Source: Bispira polyomma
Taxonomy: Eukaryota
Reading direction: 5' to 3'
NCBI GenBank assembly: GCA_965649765.1
Contig: OZ287753.1
Location: 69,068,001 to 69,132,000, forward strand
Length of the DNA stretch: 64,000 bases
The notes under the pieces are model-generated. The model did not search any database. It saw only the letters and a program-made list of their open reading frames with translations, and was not told the origin of the DNA. The translations under genes were made by a program, and so were the position numbers. This document shows positions 11,785 through 25,458 of this stretch, piece after piece. Each line of letters starts with the position of its first letter. Within the stretch, counting starts at the first letter, position 1.

Positions 11785-13060
11785 GAGTCCTGGGTCATAT
11801 TCACTATCATTTTTATTCTTAGAATTTCTGTTATTCCTAGAAAAATTATTCCTAGGAAAATTTTAAGAATTAGAATTTTTGGCATTCATGCTTTGAAAAT
11901 TCTTAGAATTGTGTTCATATCTAGGAATGGTCTGGAGCCTTCTTTTTCGTAAGAAATAGCAAGTTTTAAAATTAAAACATGACACGGCTGTCAGTGATTT
12001 TAATCGGCCGAAAGCTTTGGTAAATATATATACACATGGTCCTTTTAACATAATAATTATTTCACCAAATACAGTATGATTCACTGAAGCATGTTACTTA
12101 TCATGTTAGAATCGCCTTCATGTTACTACGCCTCTATGTTACTACGCCTCCAATTACCATATATCATAGTTCGTCATGTGTTATTCCTCAAGTAAATTTA
12201 AAGCAAACAGACAGTTACGATGCAAACCCATCTTTAAAACTTTGTCACATATGCATTTCATGACCGATTCAGGTTTTAGCTGGAGTTAGATATTTGTGTC
12301 ATCTTAGAATAGGACCCAGTCAAGAAGATAACATGCAATACCATGACCACTGTTTGTACTGTTCTGAGGTTTTGTGCCACTATATCTTTGCAGATGCTCA
12401 TTGGAGATGCCTACTCTGTGTCCCAAACTTCTGTATCATGACTTATTTAACAATTGGTCAGTGCAATCTTAGCGACGTTAGGAAGTGTATCTATTTCTTA
12501 CTCCAGATTTGCAAAATTTAAACATCAAGCAAGGGCTTATTGGGGGTATTGCCTCATTTGGAACACAAATTTACAAGCTCCCTTAGAAGGTGAAGAAGCC
12601 TTCGTCAACTGCAAAGGATACCACTCGATTAATGTCCAAGATAATGAAAACAGAGTACAGTGGGTAAGTTAACATTGAAAATTATCTATCACTCACAACT
12701 TAACATCCACAAGAAAAACAATGAAGGTTAGCCATCACTTACAATCTAACCACCACTGCAAATACACTAAAAGTTATCCATCACTCATTATTCACACAAA
12801 TCTATATAATATACACTCCTCAATAATTTCAAAAAAAGACTAATTTTCATACATTTCAACATTTATTCAAGCATGAAAAAGACAATATTTTTCACAGAAT
12901 CAACATATTCTGATTTTGAGCACTGTAAACAGATGCTGGGTTTTGGACATCTAAAGGAGGTGGCATAGTCTTCATAGTGAAGTGACATTGGACCTATCAC
13001 CTACATGCAAATTAAAGTTGTTGTGTGCTGCATAATATTGCCAAAGCCATGGGCATGTCA
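11785..13060 (+). mobile_element. PIF/Harbinger transposase remnant
   Basis: AFVNCKGYHSINVQ (HARBI1-type NRKGYHSINVQ) at ~12600-12640; CCVLHNIA at ~13020; subterminal cctag/aagaat repeats shared with 570-880. Confidence 0.65.
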
Positions 13061-14540
13061 TAAATTCCAGGTATTTAGTAAAGTAAAAACTTATATTTTT
13101 TCGAATATTTAACATCATTAGAAAGCTAAACCAGAAATACCCATTGTATTTTGCAGTGTTTTAAATAATAATGTCTCCATATATGACTGTCTTATATGGG
13201 AGCATATTAGACCAAAACACTTTGCCTAAATAATCAGTTACAATGTTTTACAAAACATAAAAAGATAAATGAAAATATATAAAATAAATAAAAATATAAA
13301 AAATAAATAATAATATTGTTGTTGCATAATAACCCTGTTGTTTCTTACATATTTACATGAAAGATTAACAACATTTCACATGTAATATGTTTTATTTGTA
13401 GAAGCAGAAGGCAATGACGATGATCAAGGAAACATCAACCTTACAAGGCCAATCAAATATTGATATGAAACTGGTCAAAATCATGTAGGCAGCAATTTCT
13501 ACCATTTTCGTTCAGAGTTTAACTTACTATTTTGGAAGTTAGTAGTAGTTGTAGCTGAGGACGAGGCAGTTGGTATTGTAGTTTTATTTCTTATTTTATT
13601 TCTGAAGAACACTGAAGAATAAAATATTATAGAATTGGAACATGAGTATGGAATCATACTGATCTTATTCATTCAGCCTTTCAGCAATTGTGTGGATATT
13701 TATTGTTATCAATATTGACATATAAGTGATCGACACTACTTGGGTAATACTTGTTCATGTGAATCATGCAAATTGTACATATTTAGTCAAATTTGTCAGG
13801 AGTCTGAAATTTACCAATGTGTTAACCTTAATCAAAATGTCACTTAACTTGAGACAAATTGGTATTCACCAATATATCATTTTTGATTAAAATAACATGT
13901 AATAGCTAAATTTATTGGTGCTCAATTTTAATTATCATAATAAATTTTCCATTTCTTACTGTACAGTTAACATACGTGATAGAAAATTACGGTGCATTCC
14001 TACTACAAATGCATAATACAGGGTCAGATCATTATTCCCAGTGTACTACTTGGTAAATATATACAACCCTCTAATTACTCAGGTGTCACCATTGACCATT
14101 CTCATTTGATACACACGTGAGCAACTTTTGTCATATCTGTTACTATCACTAGATGCTGCTATTACTGTGGCTAATTCCCTTGTAAGCATATATATGCGAT
14201 TCAATTTAATTCAATTTATTTATCATAGTGACATGTGTAAAAATCAACACAAAATACCATAAATGTAAAACAGATCCATACACCCAGCCCACCAGAGAGC
14301 TTATAAGTCACTTTAAGCTAATACAATCAATATTGTGTGGTGATATCGAAAACATAGACAAAATATAATCATTAATTACTTTGAAGAATAAAGTTCAGCT
14401 TTTCTTATATTCCATGCTGTTTCAATATAGATATGTAGATAATATATTGTCAACCATCTTTATGTTTTTGTTCCGAAAAAGAGAAGTTTCATAAAATAAA
14501 AGGAGCAAGCTGATATAAAACATTAGCAAAATAGAAACTC

Positions 14541-14778
14541 GGGCAGTGTGTTCATATAATTAAATATTCAAATGTAAATACGCCAGGAGACTGGCAGTGT
14601 GTTTATATAATTGAATATTCAGATGTAAATACTCGAGGAGACTGGCAGTATGTTCATATAATTTAATATTCAGATGTAAATACTCGAGGAGACTGGCAGT
14701 GTTTTCATATAATTGAATATTCAGATGTAAACACTCGAGGAGACTGGCAGAGTGTTCATATAATTGAATATTCAGATG
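14541..14778. repeat. 51-bp minisatellite, about 4.7 copies
   Basis: ctggcagt recurs with a 51-bp period (14591, 14642, 14693 and once more near 14744); explains the 17-aa repeat ORF 14560..14790. Confidence 0.92.
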
Positions 14779-15725
14779 AGATAAGTTCATATATAATGTT
14801 ATACTATGATGAGCACAACAACATAAAACTTGTTTCTCTACTGATAATGCCTATTTACCTGTTAAAAACAGCTTAAATATCAGTAGCTTACATCCCTATT
14901 TTATGTCATGTATGCGATTACATGTATACTAATGTTGTTTCATTCACAGCATATATCAGCTGTATTAGGACTGGTCACACTATCCACGATGTAGTGGAAC
15001 TGTATAAAAGAATGTTGGCGAAGCAACAGTCGCGTTCAGATTTATTAAAATAATAGGAAACCTAATCACGTGATAAATTTCATCTGTAGTTTAATCCAAA
15101 ATGATTTCTGGGAAAACTTGTCTGGAACTGCAACGATAAGATCATAAAGGTATTGGGAATATATGGCAATCATGGAGATTTCATGCATTGAGAAGGGAAA
15201 CGGTTATTCTGTAAGCTATTCGACTGAGAATTGTTGCTTTTGCAATGCGAAAATTAGAACTTCTGAGAACAATTACGACAGTAAGAGGTAATATGATAAA
15301 AAAAATATATATATAAATATATAAATGTGAAGAAGAAATGCTCACAGACACAAATTTTGTGCCCGTCTTGCTCTGACGTCCGAATAACTAGTATATAAAC
15401 CCTCAAGATGCAGTTACGTGACCTCAGAACCAGGAGAACTGTAAAGGTGTGCATACATTTCTGTGACTGGATTTCAGTGCTAACGTTTCATATTTTTATA
15501 CTAGTGATTACTTTTGCGTATTCTGTACAATTAATAAACCTGCAATAAATATAAACACTATTGTTAATATGTATAACAAATATGGTAGAATGGAGAATAA
15601 AATGTTAAACCCCATTGTGTCTTTACTGTGTACTTAATATAGTGGGGGTGGATGACTGCTGAAACAAATTTTAAAAAAATATATAATTACAATTTTGTAA
15701 AATAGGCCTTCTGTTGCGACATATA

Positions 15726-18700
15726 TAGTTGGGTCATTTACAGTACTTCCGTGACCGTGGACAGCGAAGGTTCGTTTCTCAAAGAATTTGTCTTCTATAA
15801 AGGATAAATAAAACATGTAGCCCCATGCCCCTCGCAAAAATGCGGGCTAAATACGTGAGAGCTGCAAATCCAAAACGGCCACCCATAGCTATTTTTAATA
15901 TGATCTTTTTAATGGTTTGGCCTACAATGCTGCAAGAAATTCATATTTGATGTTTTGATAATTGACCTATTTTTGACCTTTAAATCTAAGATGGCTGCCA
16001 ATTTTCCACTCAGAAAGCTTAATTTTTCAAAGTCATCATAAAACCTTCATAATAGGCTCTAATGAAAGCTATTTGTATGTGGAGTTGTGCTATAGACAGT
16101 AAAAGTATAAGTAAATGCATAAAGGTCATATCAGAGGTCAAAAAGATTAATGTTTGTTCATAATCACAAAATCACTGGAGATAACCGAACAAATTGTATG
16201 TATTTGAATAAATTTGACATGTATATATACACCAATATTCACTTACTTTAGGGAAGTACAAGGTATTGAGCCTCAATTTACAACCTAACATTAATTAGTT
16301 TTGTAACTAATGGTCATTACTGGATACTGGATTACTGGATCATTACTCTTCATCTGAATCTGTTGATTCTCCACATTCACTCCACTTATCATCACTACTA
16401 CTGTCACTCTAATTCGCAAGGTGTGAACTGCTGGATCAAGGGGTGAGGGTGTAGGGCACTTGTCAGCACTTTCCATTCAGATTTGCCATCAGTGATGAAC
16501 AGCTCCTCCAGAATAATGCAGCATGGCTCTCTAAGAACATCAAGAACACATCTACTGTCCCCTGACTACCTCAAATGGATCATCTTTAAGAAGTGGAAGA
16601 GGTGTGTGAGTTGCTTAAAAAGTTGTTGTCTTTGCTAAAGCCTTCTAGGAGAAAATATGCTAATCTAAGCCACACTACAGCCAGCATTGCCTTCATGATC
16701 ACCTACCACATCACAAGATAGCCCACTGCCACTGTTATTAACCTGGGTGTAAATGTCCATGGTATGACAATGAGTAAAGATCTGGTAAAAAACTCGATGC
16801 ACAAGAGTGGTATCTACATCAGTTAAGCAGACATATTAATCCTCTATTGGGCTATGAAGAATGTTGAGGCATCAAGAACTTATCCTCCAGACATTGCAGA
16901 TGATGAGCCAGCTATTGTGATTGTCAACAATGACGATTTCAAGATCGGTAGTATGACAGTCGATGCATCAGGAGTTAATCGAACAAATGTCATGTTTGTG
17001 CAGCCATAGAGCTATGAAAAGAAACCAGATAAAGAGACTGATGCAAGGCTGATCAAGAACAAAATATCTGCGCAGCTGAAGCAAAAGTGTGCAGAGCTCA
17101 TACAGGTTCACCAGTACAGATCTCAACCTGGCAGCAAGAGTGAGCCACCAGCTCTTCCCGAGATAGACCCACCAGTAAATGGCACAGCACCACAGCGTGC
17201 ACAATCTGTGATACACACACTTTCTTGTGCAGACGATGATGGCACAAGACCACTACCTCAGGAGCCATATATCACACAACAAGAGTAAGCCCTACTGCCA
17301 CACAACTGATCGTGTCCATCAAACAAGTCAGTAGTGCATGGAATCATGGTTAAATTTGTGGCTGCTATGCACAAGAATAATATTCCATTCTACTTTCTGG
17401 TTAATGACATGCCCATCAAAAAGATGATCAAGCAGATTAGGGCAGAGAATCTGGAACTGTTTAAGGACATCATCCCAAATATTGGTGCATTCCACTAGCT
17501 ACATCTATGCTATCTACAACAGATTCAAAGGCTCCGGCATTACAGACACTCTGGTTACTGCAGGAGTAATAGTGGAGGGGTGTGTTGACCAAGCACTATG
17601 AGGAAAGAACTACAGACAGGTGTGTGCTGTATCCTGCTGTGGAGAACGGCCCTTATCCAGAAACAACTGAGAGGGACCCTTGAACATGAGGAACTATCAA
17701 AGAACATCAAGCAGAACCTTACAGTGATCTTCAGAATGATGTTGACATGAAAAAACTAATCAATAAAGTTTACCAGAAACCTGGCACAGACTTTGGGGAC
17801 TTTTGGATTTCATTCCTGGAGATATCAAGCTCTCTTGTCTACAGTATTGATGCATGTTATGCAAGAAATGGCCGTGGGTACTTATCATCAACATACAGCA
17901 TGTTGCCTGGACTGGTGGCATATGACAATCATAACTATAGGAAGTGGTTGCTTGATTATTGGCCTTCTTTAACAATGATTTCATCAGTCGACGACACACT
18001 ACGAGACTTCACCAGGCACTAGACCTTTGCATAGAAACCACTAAGAATTTGAACTCCAAGCTTGAGCAATGGTTGGTTCAGATTATGCAAAATGAGAAGC
18101 AACTGTTCTCACGAACAAGGACTGCAAACAACATTGCAAGGGTGGGGATTACTGTAAATCAGAAAATTAAGAGCCACCATTTCCACAGAAAGCATGTTGA
18201 GTGCCAGCAAGCAAGGATAAAGATGAGCAGGCAGTTCAGAACCTGCAGAAATGCATGAATAATTTTAAAGCGAATCCCTTTGACATCCCCTCATCTGCAT
18301 CAGGTCACTACAGTCTGGCCTGGTCGCCTCACCAGATTTAGTGTGTGACTTCCAGATCCCAATTGAAGATGGTCAAGCTTAGGGTGAAATCAGCCTGCAC
18401 GATCACACCTCTCACTGCACCCATCCACAGGAATAGGAGATGCTGGTGAACACATCTGTGCACCACCTTGTGTATCCATATAGGTTGCCCACATAGAAAG
18501 GCTGAGACTTGTAGCTCTGGTTGAACTTGTGGAGGCTTGATCAAACTGGATTTAGGCCTTGAGAGTTGAGTCACTGAGCAGTGTCTTTTACTCTACAATG
18601 CACATAGTTTCTTAATTGCAGTAGTTAAGTCGGCTCCTGACAAGAGCATTTGCAAGGACTGTTGAAGTCAAACAAGTGGCGTATCCTATACAGGTCTGTA

Positions 18701-19962
18701 ATGTGGATTTGAGTTGACTTAGTGACTTGGGATACATGATCTGAGAGAGCCATATTGGAATCAAACACTACCCCTAGATTTCCGAGAATGTCAGTAAGAA
18801 AAAAATGACTGGCAGTGACTAACCATCAGGGTTCTATGGGCATGGCAAAAAGTCAGTGTTGCAGAATGCAATAAAATATCTTGAGGAAGGAGAGCTTCTT
18901 AGATGAGTCGAGAGTCTCTAGTTAAAGAAACAAGTCACAGCTGATATGAAGGGATTTGGCCTTTCCCCAAGTCTATGCTGAGAGGGCAGATGTTACTTGT
19001 GGGCAGGCCATACCTTCCAAGTGGCACTCATTGATGAAAAAGAGTAAAATCCACCTCCCACCTGATGATGACTCCTTAAATCTCCATATGGAAAGGACTG
19101 TCGATGTTACATATTGCCAGCTACATTACAACCTATTAGAGCATCCTTTCCCCATTGGCCATGGTTAGAATAGTCTGAATGGAAATTGCTGACCAGTGCA
19201 TCACGCCCTGACCCCAGTAGTTTACACCTTGCGACTGTTTAGATGAGAGTGACCATGACAATAGTAGTAAGAATGAGAGGAGTGAATGTGGAAAATCAAC
19301 AGATTCAGATGAAGAATATTGATCCAGTGATGACAATTAGTTACAAAACTAATTATTGTAAAGTTGTAAATTGAGGCTCAATACATTGTACTTCCCTAAA
19401 TAAAATGAATATTGATGTATATATACATGTCAAATATATTTAAATACATAGATTTTGTTCAGTTATCAATGATTTTGTGATCATGGAGAATGACAGTTCA
19501 GTTCCAACCACAAACATTAACCTTTTTGAACTCTGATATGACCGTTATGCATTTACTTATACTTTTACTGTCTGTAACACTCAACATGAACAGAGCTTTC
19601 ATTAGAGCCTATCATAAAGGTTTTATGATGACTTTGAATAATTAAGCGTTCCGAGTTGAAAATTGACAGCCATCTTGGATTTTAAAGTTTAAAATAGGTC
19701 AAATCATTTAAACATCAAATATGAATTTCCTAGAAAATCCTAGAAATTATGTACTATGTAGCATTGTAGGCCAAACCAATAAAAAGGTTAATTTTCAAAA
19801 TGACTGCCGGCGGCCCTTTTTTTAGCTCTCATGGATTTAGCACGCATTATTGCGAGGGGCATGGGGGCTAATATTTTTTACTTTACCTTCATAGAAAACA
19901 AATCACTCAGAAATGCACCTTCACACTCCATGATCACGGAAGTACTGTAAACGGCCCAACTA
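15726..19962 (+). mobile_element. Degenerate Academ-type DNA transposon with long inverted termini and TATA TSD
   Basis: Ends TAGTTGGGTCATTTACAGTACTTCCGTGA... / ...TCACGGAAGTACTGTAAACGGCCCAACTA, flanked by TATA on both sides. Transposase remnants NNDDF, MLPGLVAYDNHNYRKW, LPPDDDSLNLH..HPFPIGHG. Many stops and frameshifts. Confidence 0.8.
18600..18810 (-). mobile_element. L2 LINE fragment nested in the Academ element
   Basis: Minus strand NLGVVFDSNMALSDHVSQVTKS...LYRIRHL. Confidence 0.65.
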
Positions 19963-20339
19963 TATAAGGGTAATAAAATAAAACCTAGACCAGCCAGAAT
20001 ATATGCTAGCATTTTATACCAAAACCCTAAATATTTTTACTTCATAGCAACAAAATGGTCATCTGATGTCCTTTACAATTTTAAATTCTGTAAAAGATAT
20101 TGTCTTTTGAAGTGTAGCTGAACAAAAATGGCTCAAAAGGTTGATTAAATTTCAATATATCGGTGAGTATGGAAGCTAACATTTTTCTACTTGCATTTTA
20201 AATTATATACTTTGTGACTATCTAAATTTAAATAAAATCCATTTAATATTTACGAATATTTTTATTGTTGAAGTAGACACCTCTACCATGTAATACTGAA
20301 TGGTCACCCTTTTAAGCCCAAATTTCATAAAAAATCACA

Positions 20340-23300
20340 CCACACGTTATTATTAAAGGTGAGTGTGGTACCTGAACGAATGAGTGGAAGGTAATATTGG
20401 ACTGGTGTAGTCCCAGTCGGAGAAGAATTTGATCCAAATTAGCCCGAACTTGGGTGTCAGTCATTGGAAGCCAAATTAATTGTTTTTTAAATCAGAAGAG
20501 AGGAAAGTCTCTGTTCCCTGGAGTGATGGCAAGCAAGGCCATAGTTGCTACAACTGGGCAGAGTAAGGAAGAACCTAGGGATGAAATTTTAAGCGCTTTT
20601 GCGACATTTTTGGACTGAAGAGTTATAGACCACTTTATATGGAGACTAGGGGGTGTGAAAATCACTTCACCTCTAGCCAGCTGGACAAGGGGGGGGGAAA
20701 TTGTGGCACAGCATGGCGAACCAGGTGGGGGGTCCTTAAGAATGAGAAGAAGGCTATTAAATACAATGCCTTAAAGACCTGACCCATAAACATATTATCA
20801 CAGGATTTAATGATATCAGTGAGCCGAGGGACATCAATGATTTTTTTGATTTTGGCCCTGAAAGAGCTATTCAGCAAAAGTGACTTTTGGTAATATCTGA
20901 TTCTGGGATCAGAGAAAGCTGAAACATTTAAGCCAAATAAGGCCATTTTTGCTTTGATTGCTGACAGATAATTTGAGATGGAGGAAGAGGAAGCATGGTT
21001 GACTACAAGGACTTCCAGAAATCCTAGTAACATTAAGGGTGAGACAGATTTAATGTTTATATGTGAGAAACAGCAATAAGGGAGGAATATTGGATGCAGT
21101 CAGTAGTGGGTTTATGATCAAAAAAGGCTGTGCCATTGACAGGCAGGAATTTGTTAAACCAGTTTATATCCTGGTGGAACTCAGTGGCTAGTTTGATTTT
21201 CTTGTTGTTGTGTGCTACTATAAGCACTTCTAACGATTTATGAATAGCCGGGAAATTCTGACCCACACTTTCAAACATACAATAGTTTACCCAGTGGTGA
21301 CTGGAGTTCCCTTTTTGTACAACTCTGCTTACTTTGCCAATTTTTAAGTAATGCTATGCTTTCTGCTAGTTTTCTTGGGGGAGTGAAACAGTGAAGTCTT
21401 CCGTGTTCACCAAGACTCCAAGGCAAAAAACCTTGGTACCCGGATATACTATGTTCTTTTGACTAATAGCAAAGCCAAGCTCTTGCAACAAGTGGTACAG
21501 AGTGTCAAATGATTGTTTGCTTTTCGAGGGGCTGCGGTAACCTATGAAGTCATCAATATAATTTGTGACGTCATACCCCTGACGTTTCATGATAAATCTG
21601 ACGCTGTCACTGAGATGCTGAAATATTGTGCTATTATGGCAAAAACTGAAGGGCAGACACGAGTCAACATAGTATTTCTCAAACTTAAGACCCAGGAGAT
21701 TATAATCAGCAGGATCCATTTCTACATGCCGGAACGCGCGACTGATATCAATCTTGTAGATATGAGTACCACGTCCAAGACTGCAAATTTTACTAGTAAT
21801 TGTATCAATTGTAGAGAGTGTTAGCACGCATGGTGTGTCAAGATACTTCTCCTTTGCTACAGCCGTATTAACCGATTCGCCCTGGGGATAACTGAGATAA
21901 ATTATTACCCACGGGGCCCCTGATTTTTTCCTTGTCATGAAGGGGGACACATGTAAATTCTGTATGGGTGCATTATCAAATATCCCTAACATTGCACCAA
22001 ATTCTATCTCCTCTTTCAAATAAGCCTTAATATCCTCTGGATAATCCATGGCTGATTTGTGATTTTGGTCTGTGTGTGAGAGAATACTAGTTCGATTGAA
22101 ATCTATAGGGAAACCATTTCTGCTAAGAAAGGGTAACTGAATGTCCCAGTAGTTAACTAGATATTTTTCCCAGACATCAGGTTTCAGTTTTGACTTAATC
22201 TCAATTGGAGGGCCTATAAAATTAGGACATTTGGCTGCACTAACTACCTCATGTAGTTGGGTTAATGATGCTTGTGAAGTGACTCTTTTATCTGAATTAG
22301 GTACCTCCAATTCACCAAGTAGTATAAACCCGTATTTGTCTGTGGTTTGTGAATTCCATTGTTGGAATATGGGGACATTATGAGCTTCTCATATGGTGCC
22401 CCTATTTTTGGGCCTTACCTGAAGTTCCAAGTCATATTTATCCACCTCCGCAGTTTTTTAGTTACCTAGGGACAATATGGGTGGACCCTTGTGATTGTCT
22501 TTACTATGTTTTTTGCTTTCTCTCACACAATCACAGCTTTCACAGGGGTTTGTTTGTACAAGAGTCCCTTTGTCAGTATAAATACCGTCGCCAACAGAGA
22601 GGGGAGAAAACCTGTTGTATGTGGGGACCAATTCATTGACACCTTCCATGAAGTGTGAAGGGAGAAAGAGGGGCTTTGTGTGACTGTGTTTTTTGACACC
22701 TTTATCCCCATCCCCTTTGTGGTTAGCCTTAATTGGTTTTCCCTTTTCATCAGGTTTCACTCCTACTTTCAGGGGAGGGCCCATGGTTTGAGTTTTACCC
22801 CTGGTAACCATTTTGGTTACCTGCTGTCTGACAACATTGTCAGTTTTCCCTGAAAGTTGTGCAATACATGCATGGTTAGTACTTTGATTAAGAACACCAT
22901 TGTTCTTCTGTGATACTTTATACATGGAAACATTTACAATAGAATTGACTTTTGTGTACTGTGCACTGTTACTTGTTTTGCTATTTTTTAACATTTCCGC
23001 ATATGTTTTGTTTTTAAACCTAGCCCAGTCCGTCCTCCAGTGCACACATTTGTATCCAGTATACATATCTATCACTAGACATTGTCTGCTTTTTAACACT
23101 ATTTTCTCTATTGTGTCCATTGTTTATAATTCTAACGTTAACACACCCAGTATATTTTGACAACGGCACTGCACTACTGCAGTGCCCTACTAGTTTTTTA
23201 CATTTTTCTACAATTCTTTGCCGGATGTGGGAAGGATCACCCAGTTAATATGCAGTTACTGCATACATGCAAGTACATGGTTCCTCTGGTGTCGTGGTCC

Positions 23301-23384
23301 GCTTTTTGGGGGCAAGTACCCTTTTGATAGAACCTACATGCAGTACCTTTCTCATGATTTCTCTTAGAGGGGCCTTACGTTTGA
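20340..23384 (-). mobile_element. Older Ngaro/DIRS-like YR retrotransposon, 3' part (gag end, RT, RNase H, YR), degenerate
   Basis: RT ORF 21366..22310 (KIDISRAFRH, NYIDD); RNase H-region remnant 21057..21278; YR 20400-21033 (LYLIAFFSFLR, IKWS, LCPV); gag Zn-knuckle at ~23210-23384. Confidence 0.85.
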
Positions 23385-23388
23385 CTAT

Positions 23389-23665
23389 CTTCATCACTGC
23401 CACGAAGTAGCATGGCTAGTCAGCCGCGGAAATGCTATACTTTACTGTACTTCTATTTTCAAAACTACTTGCTTATCACAGTCACTTCTCACCCCAATGC
23501 TGCATTCAGATAACACCTCCACTCTCCTCGGCGTTTCCCACCTTTCTTATAATCTCACTGATAAGTCAGAAGACAAATCTCTCTTACTCTCCCCAGCGCT
23601 TTCGCGCCCTTTCTATGATAAGCTCATTATTAAGTCAGAAATCAAACTAACAACATCAAAAATCT
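23389..23665 (+). repeat. Split direct repeat A1
   Basis: Near-identical to 29043-29319. Confidence 0.95.
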
Positions 23666-23812
23666 TAAGATATCAGCGGCCATATTGGAAATGTTTATAC
23701 ATTATCACTAAAAATCCAATTGCCTGCTTAAGTGTTTATTATTTTACAAAATTACACACAGAGGATAATATTGTGCATCTTTTAAGTTAATTTGTGTGGA
23801 TATTACTTAAAA

Positions 23813-25032
23813 ATGGGTAGAAGAAAAAAGAAAAACTCTATTGAAACAGCCTCATGTACTAGATGTGAAATCTTCCACACACGATCAGTAGGAAATCGCT
23901 GCAAACGAACCGCAGACACAAGAGATGATGATCTTCTCCAGCCTAGCTTTGATAGTGATGATCAAAGCAGTGTTTCTGAAGCAAGTGGCCAAGTTAGCAG
24001 TGAAAAATTCTATCGTGAGGCATACTCCACACAGCAGAATATGATGGAAACCCTGTTATCTACAGTCTCCAAGCTACAAGAAGACGTCTCAGATCTCAAA
24101 TTTGGAAAGATGGAGACCAACCGTGTGTCGCCTCATAACGTACCCCGAGATCTTCACATTTCACTAGGACTTCATGACGGTCAGAGAGATCACACTGCCA
24201 GTGCGTTCACGACTCATCCTCTCGCTACAGATTCTCCTTCATGTCACCTCACTAGTTCACAGAGCCGGTATGATCACGAAGCCACTCAACGTGCTCTCAA
24301 AGATACCATTCTCCCGACTCCCGAAGTGCTGAAGCAGTCGTCCCTCATACAGAACGAGGTCTCCAAACGACTAACGAGATATGAAGCCTGGGCCACAGAT
24401 GAGAGCATTCAAGGTAAGCTCACTACCAAGCGAAAATCTGGGTGCTATAATACCTCTGAATTATGTGTATCTGACCCCATGAAGCGGTGGCCAAACGAGG
24501 CCTGCTTATCTGGTGTTAACAAAAAGCATGTATCTTTTGATGAATTGTCAGTCTCACAGTTCGCTGCTGGCCAGATCCAAAATATTCTTGAGGTTAAGAA
24601 TCCTGATATTTCACGAGCCATGCTCTCCCAACTAGCAGACACCCTCAAAGACGCCTCCAACATCTCTTGGGAGATCGCTCGTGGCGCCTATGCCAGTAAT
24701 ATGCATGATATTGAAGAGGGGTGTTTGAGTTGGATCAATGACACAAAATGGAATATGAATCGGCTTTCTTATTCTCAAGCCCTCATATCCAGTACTACCA
24801 CACCTTCGACCAGTTCGTTTTCTGCTTCATCTTCAAACAAAAATGAAATGCCTTGCAGGCGTTACCAAACAAATGACTGCCAACACCAGAAAGATCACAA
24901 GGGCAATAACATTACATTCCGACATATCTGTGCCAACTGTTTCTGAATCAACAAGAGAATGAACCCACATCCCGAGTCGAAATGTTTCAAGTTACACGGG
25001 CACCCAAATGCGCCCGCGAACACCCCTCAATA
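23813..25032 (+). pseudogene. Ngaro gag-like ORF (one premature TGA at 24944-24946)
   Basis: MGRRKKK...CTRCEIFH..GNRC; WEIARGAYAS; C-terminal CRRYQTNDC..H..HICANC*...HPESKC knuckle continues in frame after the stop. Confidence 0.8.
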
Positions 25033-25458
25033 GGGACGCGGACTGCCAGCAGACACCACAGCTACTCACCTTAAGTCCACTTCTGATGTCGTTATTAACC
25101 ATTGTGTGCTGACAGGAAGTTGTGATTTAACCAGTAGTACTAATAAGCAAATTTGTAAGAAAAACAGTTTTAAGAATGATTTCATAAATAATTTTAGTTA
25201 TCACCTCAATGAGTCAATTACTCAATTGAGTTATAGTGATGCCAGTAAGACATCTCAAGCATTACCTGGCAGTGTTTCCCTTAATGACTTATGTAGGCAA
25301 GAATTGCCTGTTAAATTGAACGTTATGAACTCTGTTCAGTGTGATAATAATGGTCAAAAACCATCAGCTGTCTTTCATACAGTAGACGTTTATATTAGCA
25401 CCAGTAATTTTAAGTCTGATTGTCTAACTCATTGCTATATCGTTTGTCATGATGAGTC

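Noticed and set aside
14541-14778. Possible CRISPR array (also considered 25780-26040 and 29415-29705)
   Set aside because: Contiguous tandem units without unique spacers, no cas genes, eukaryotic context.
24944-24946. Programmed readthrough or selenocysteine at the gag TGA
   Set aside because: Most simply a CGA-to-TGA decay mutation; the element has other nonsense and frameshift lesions.
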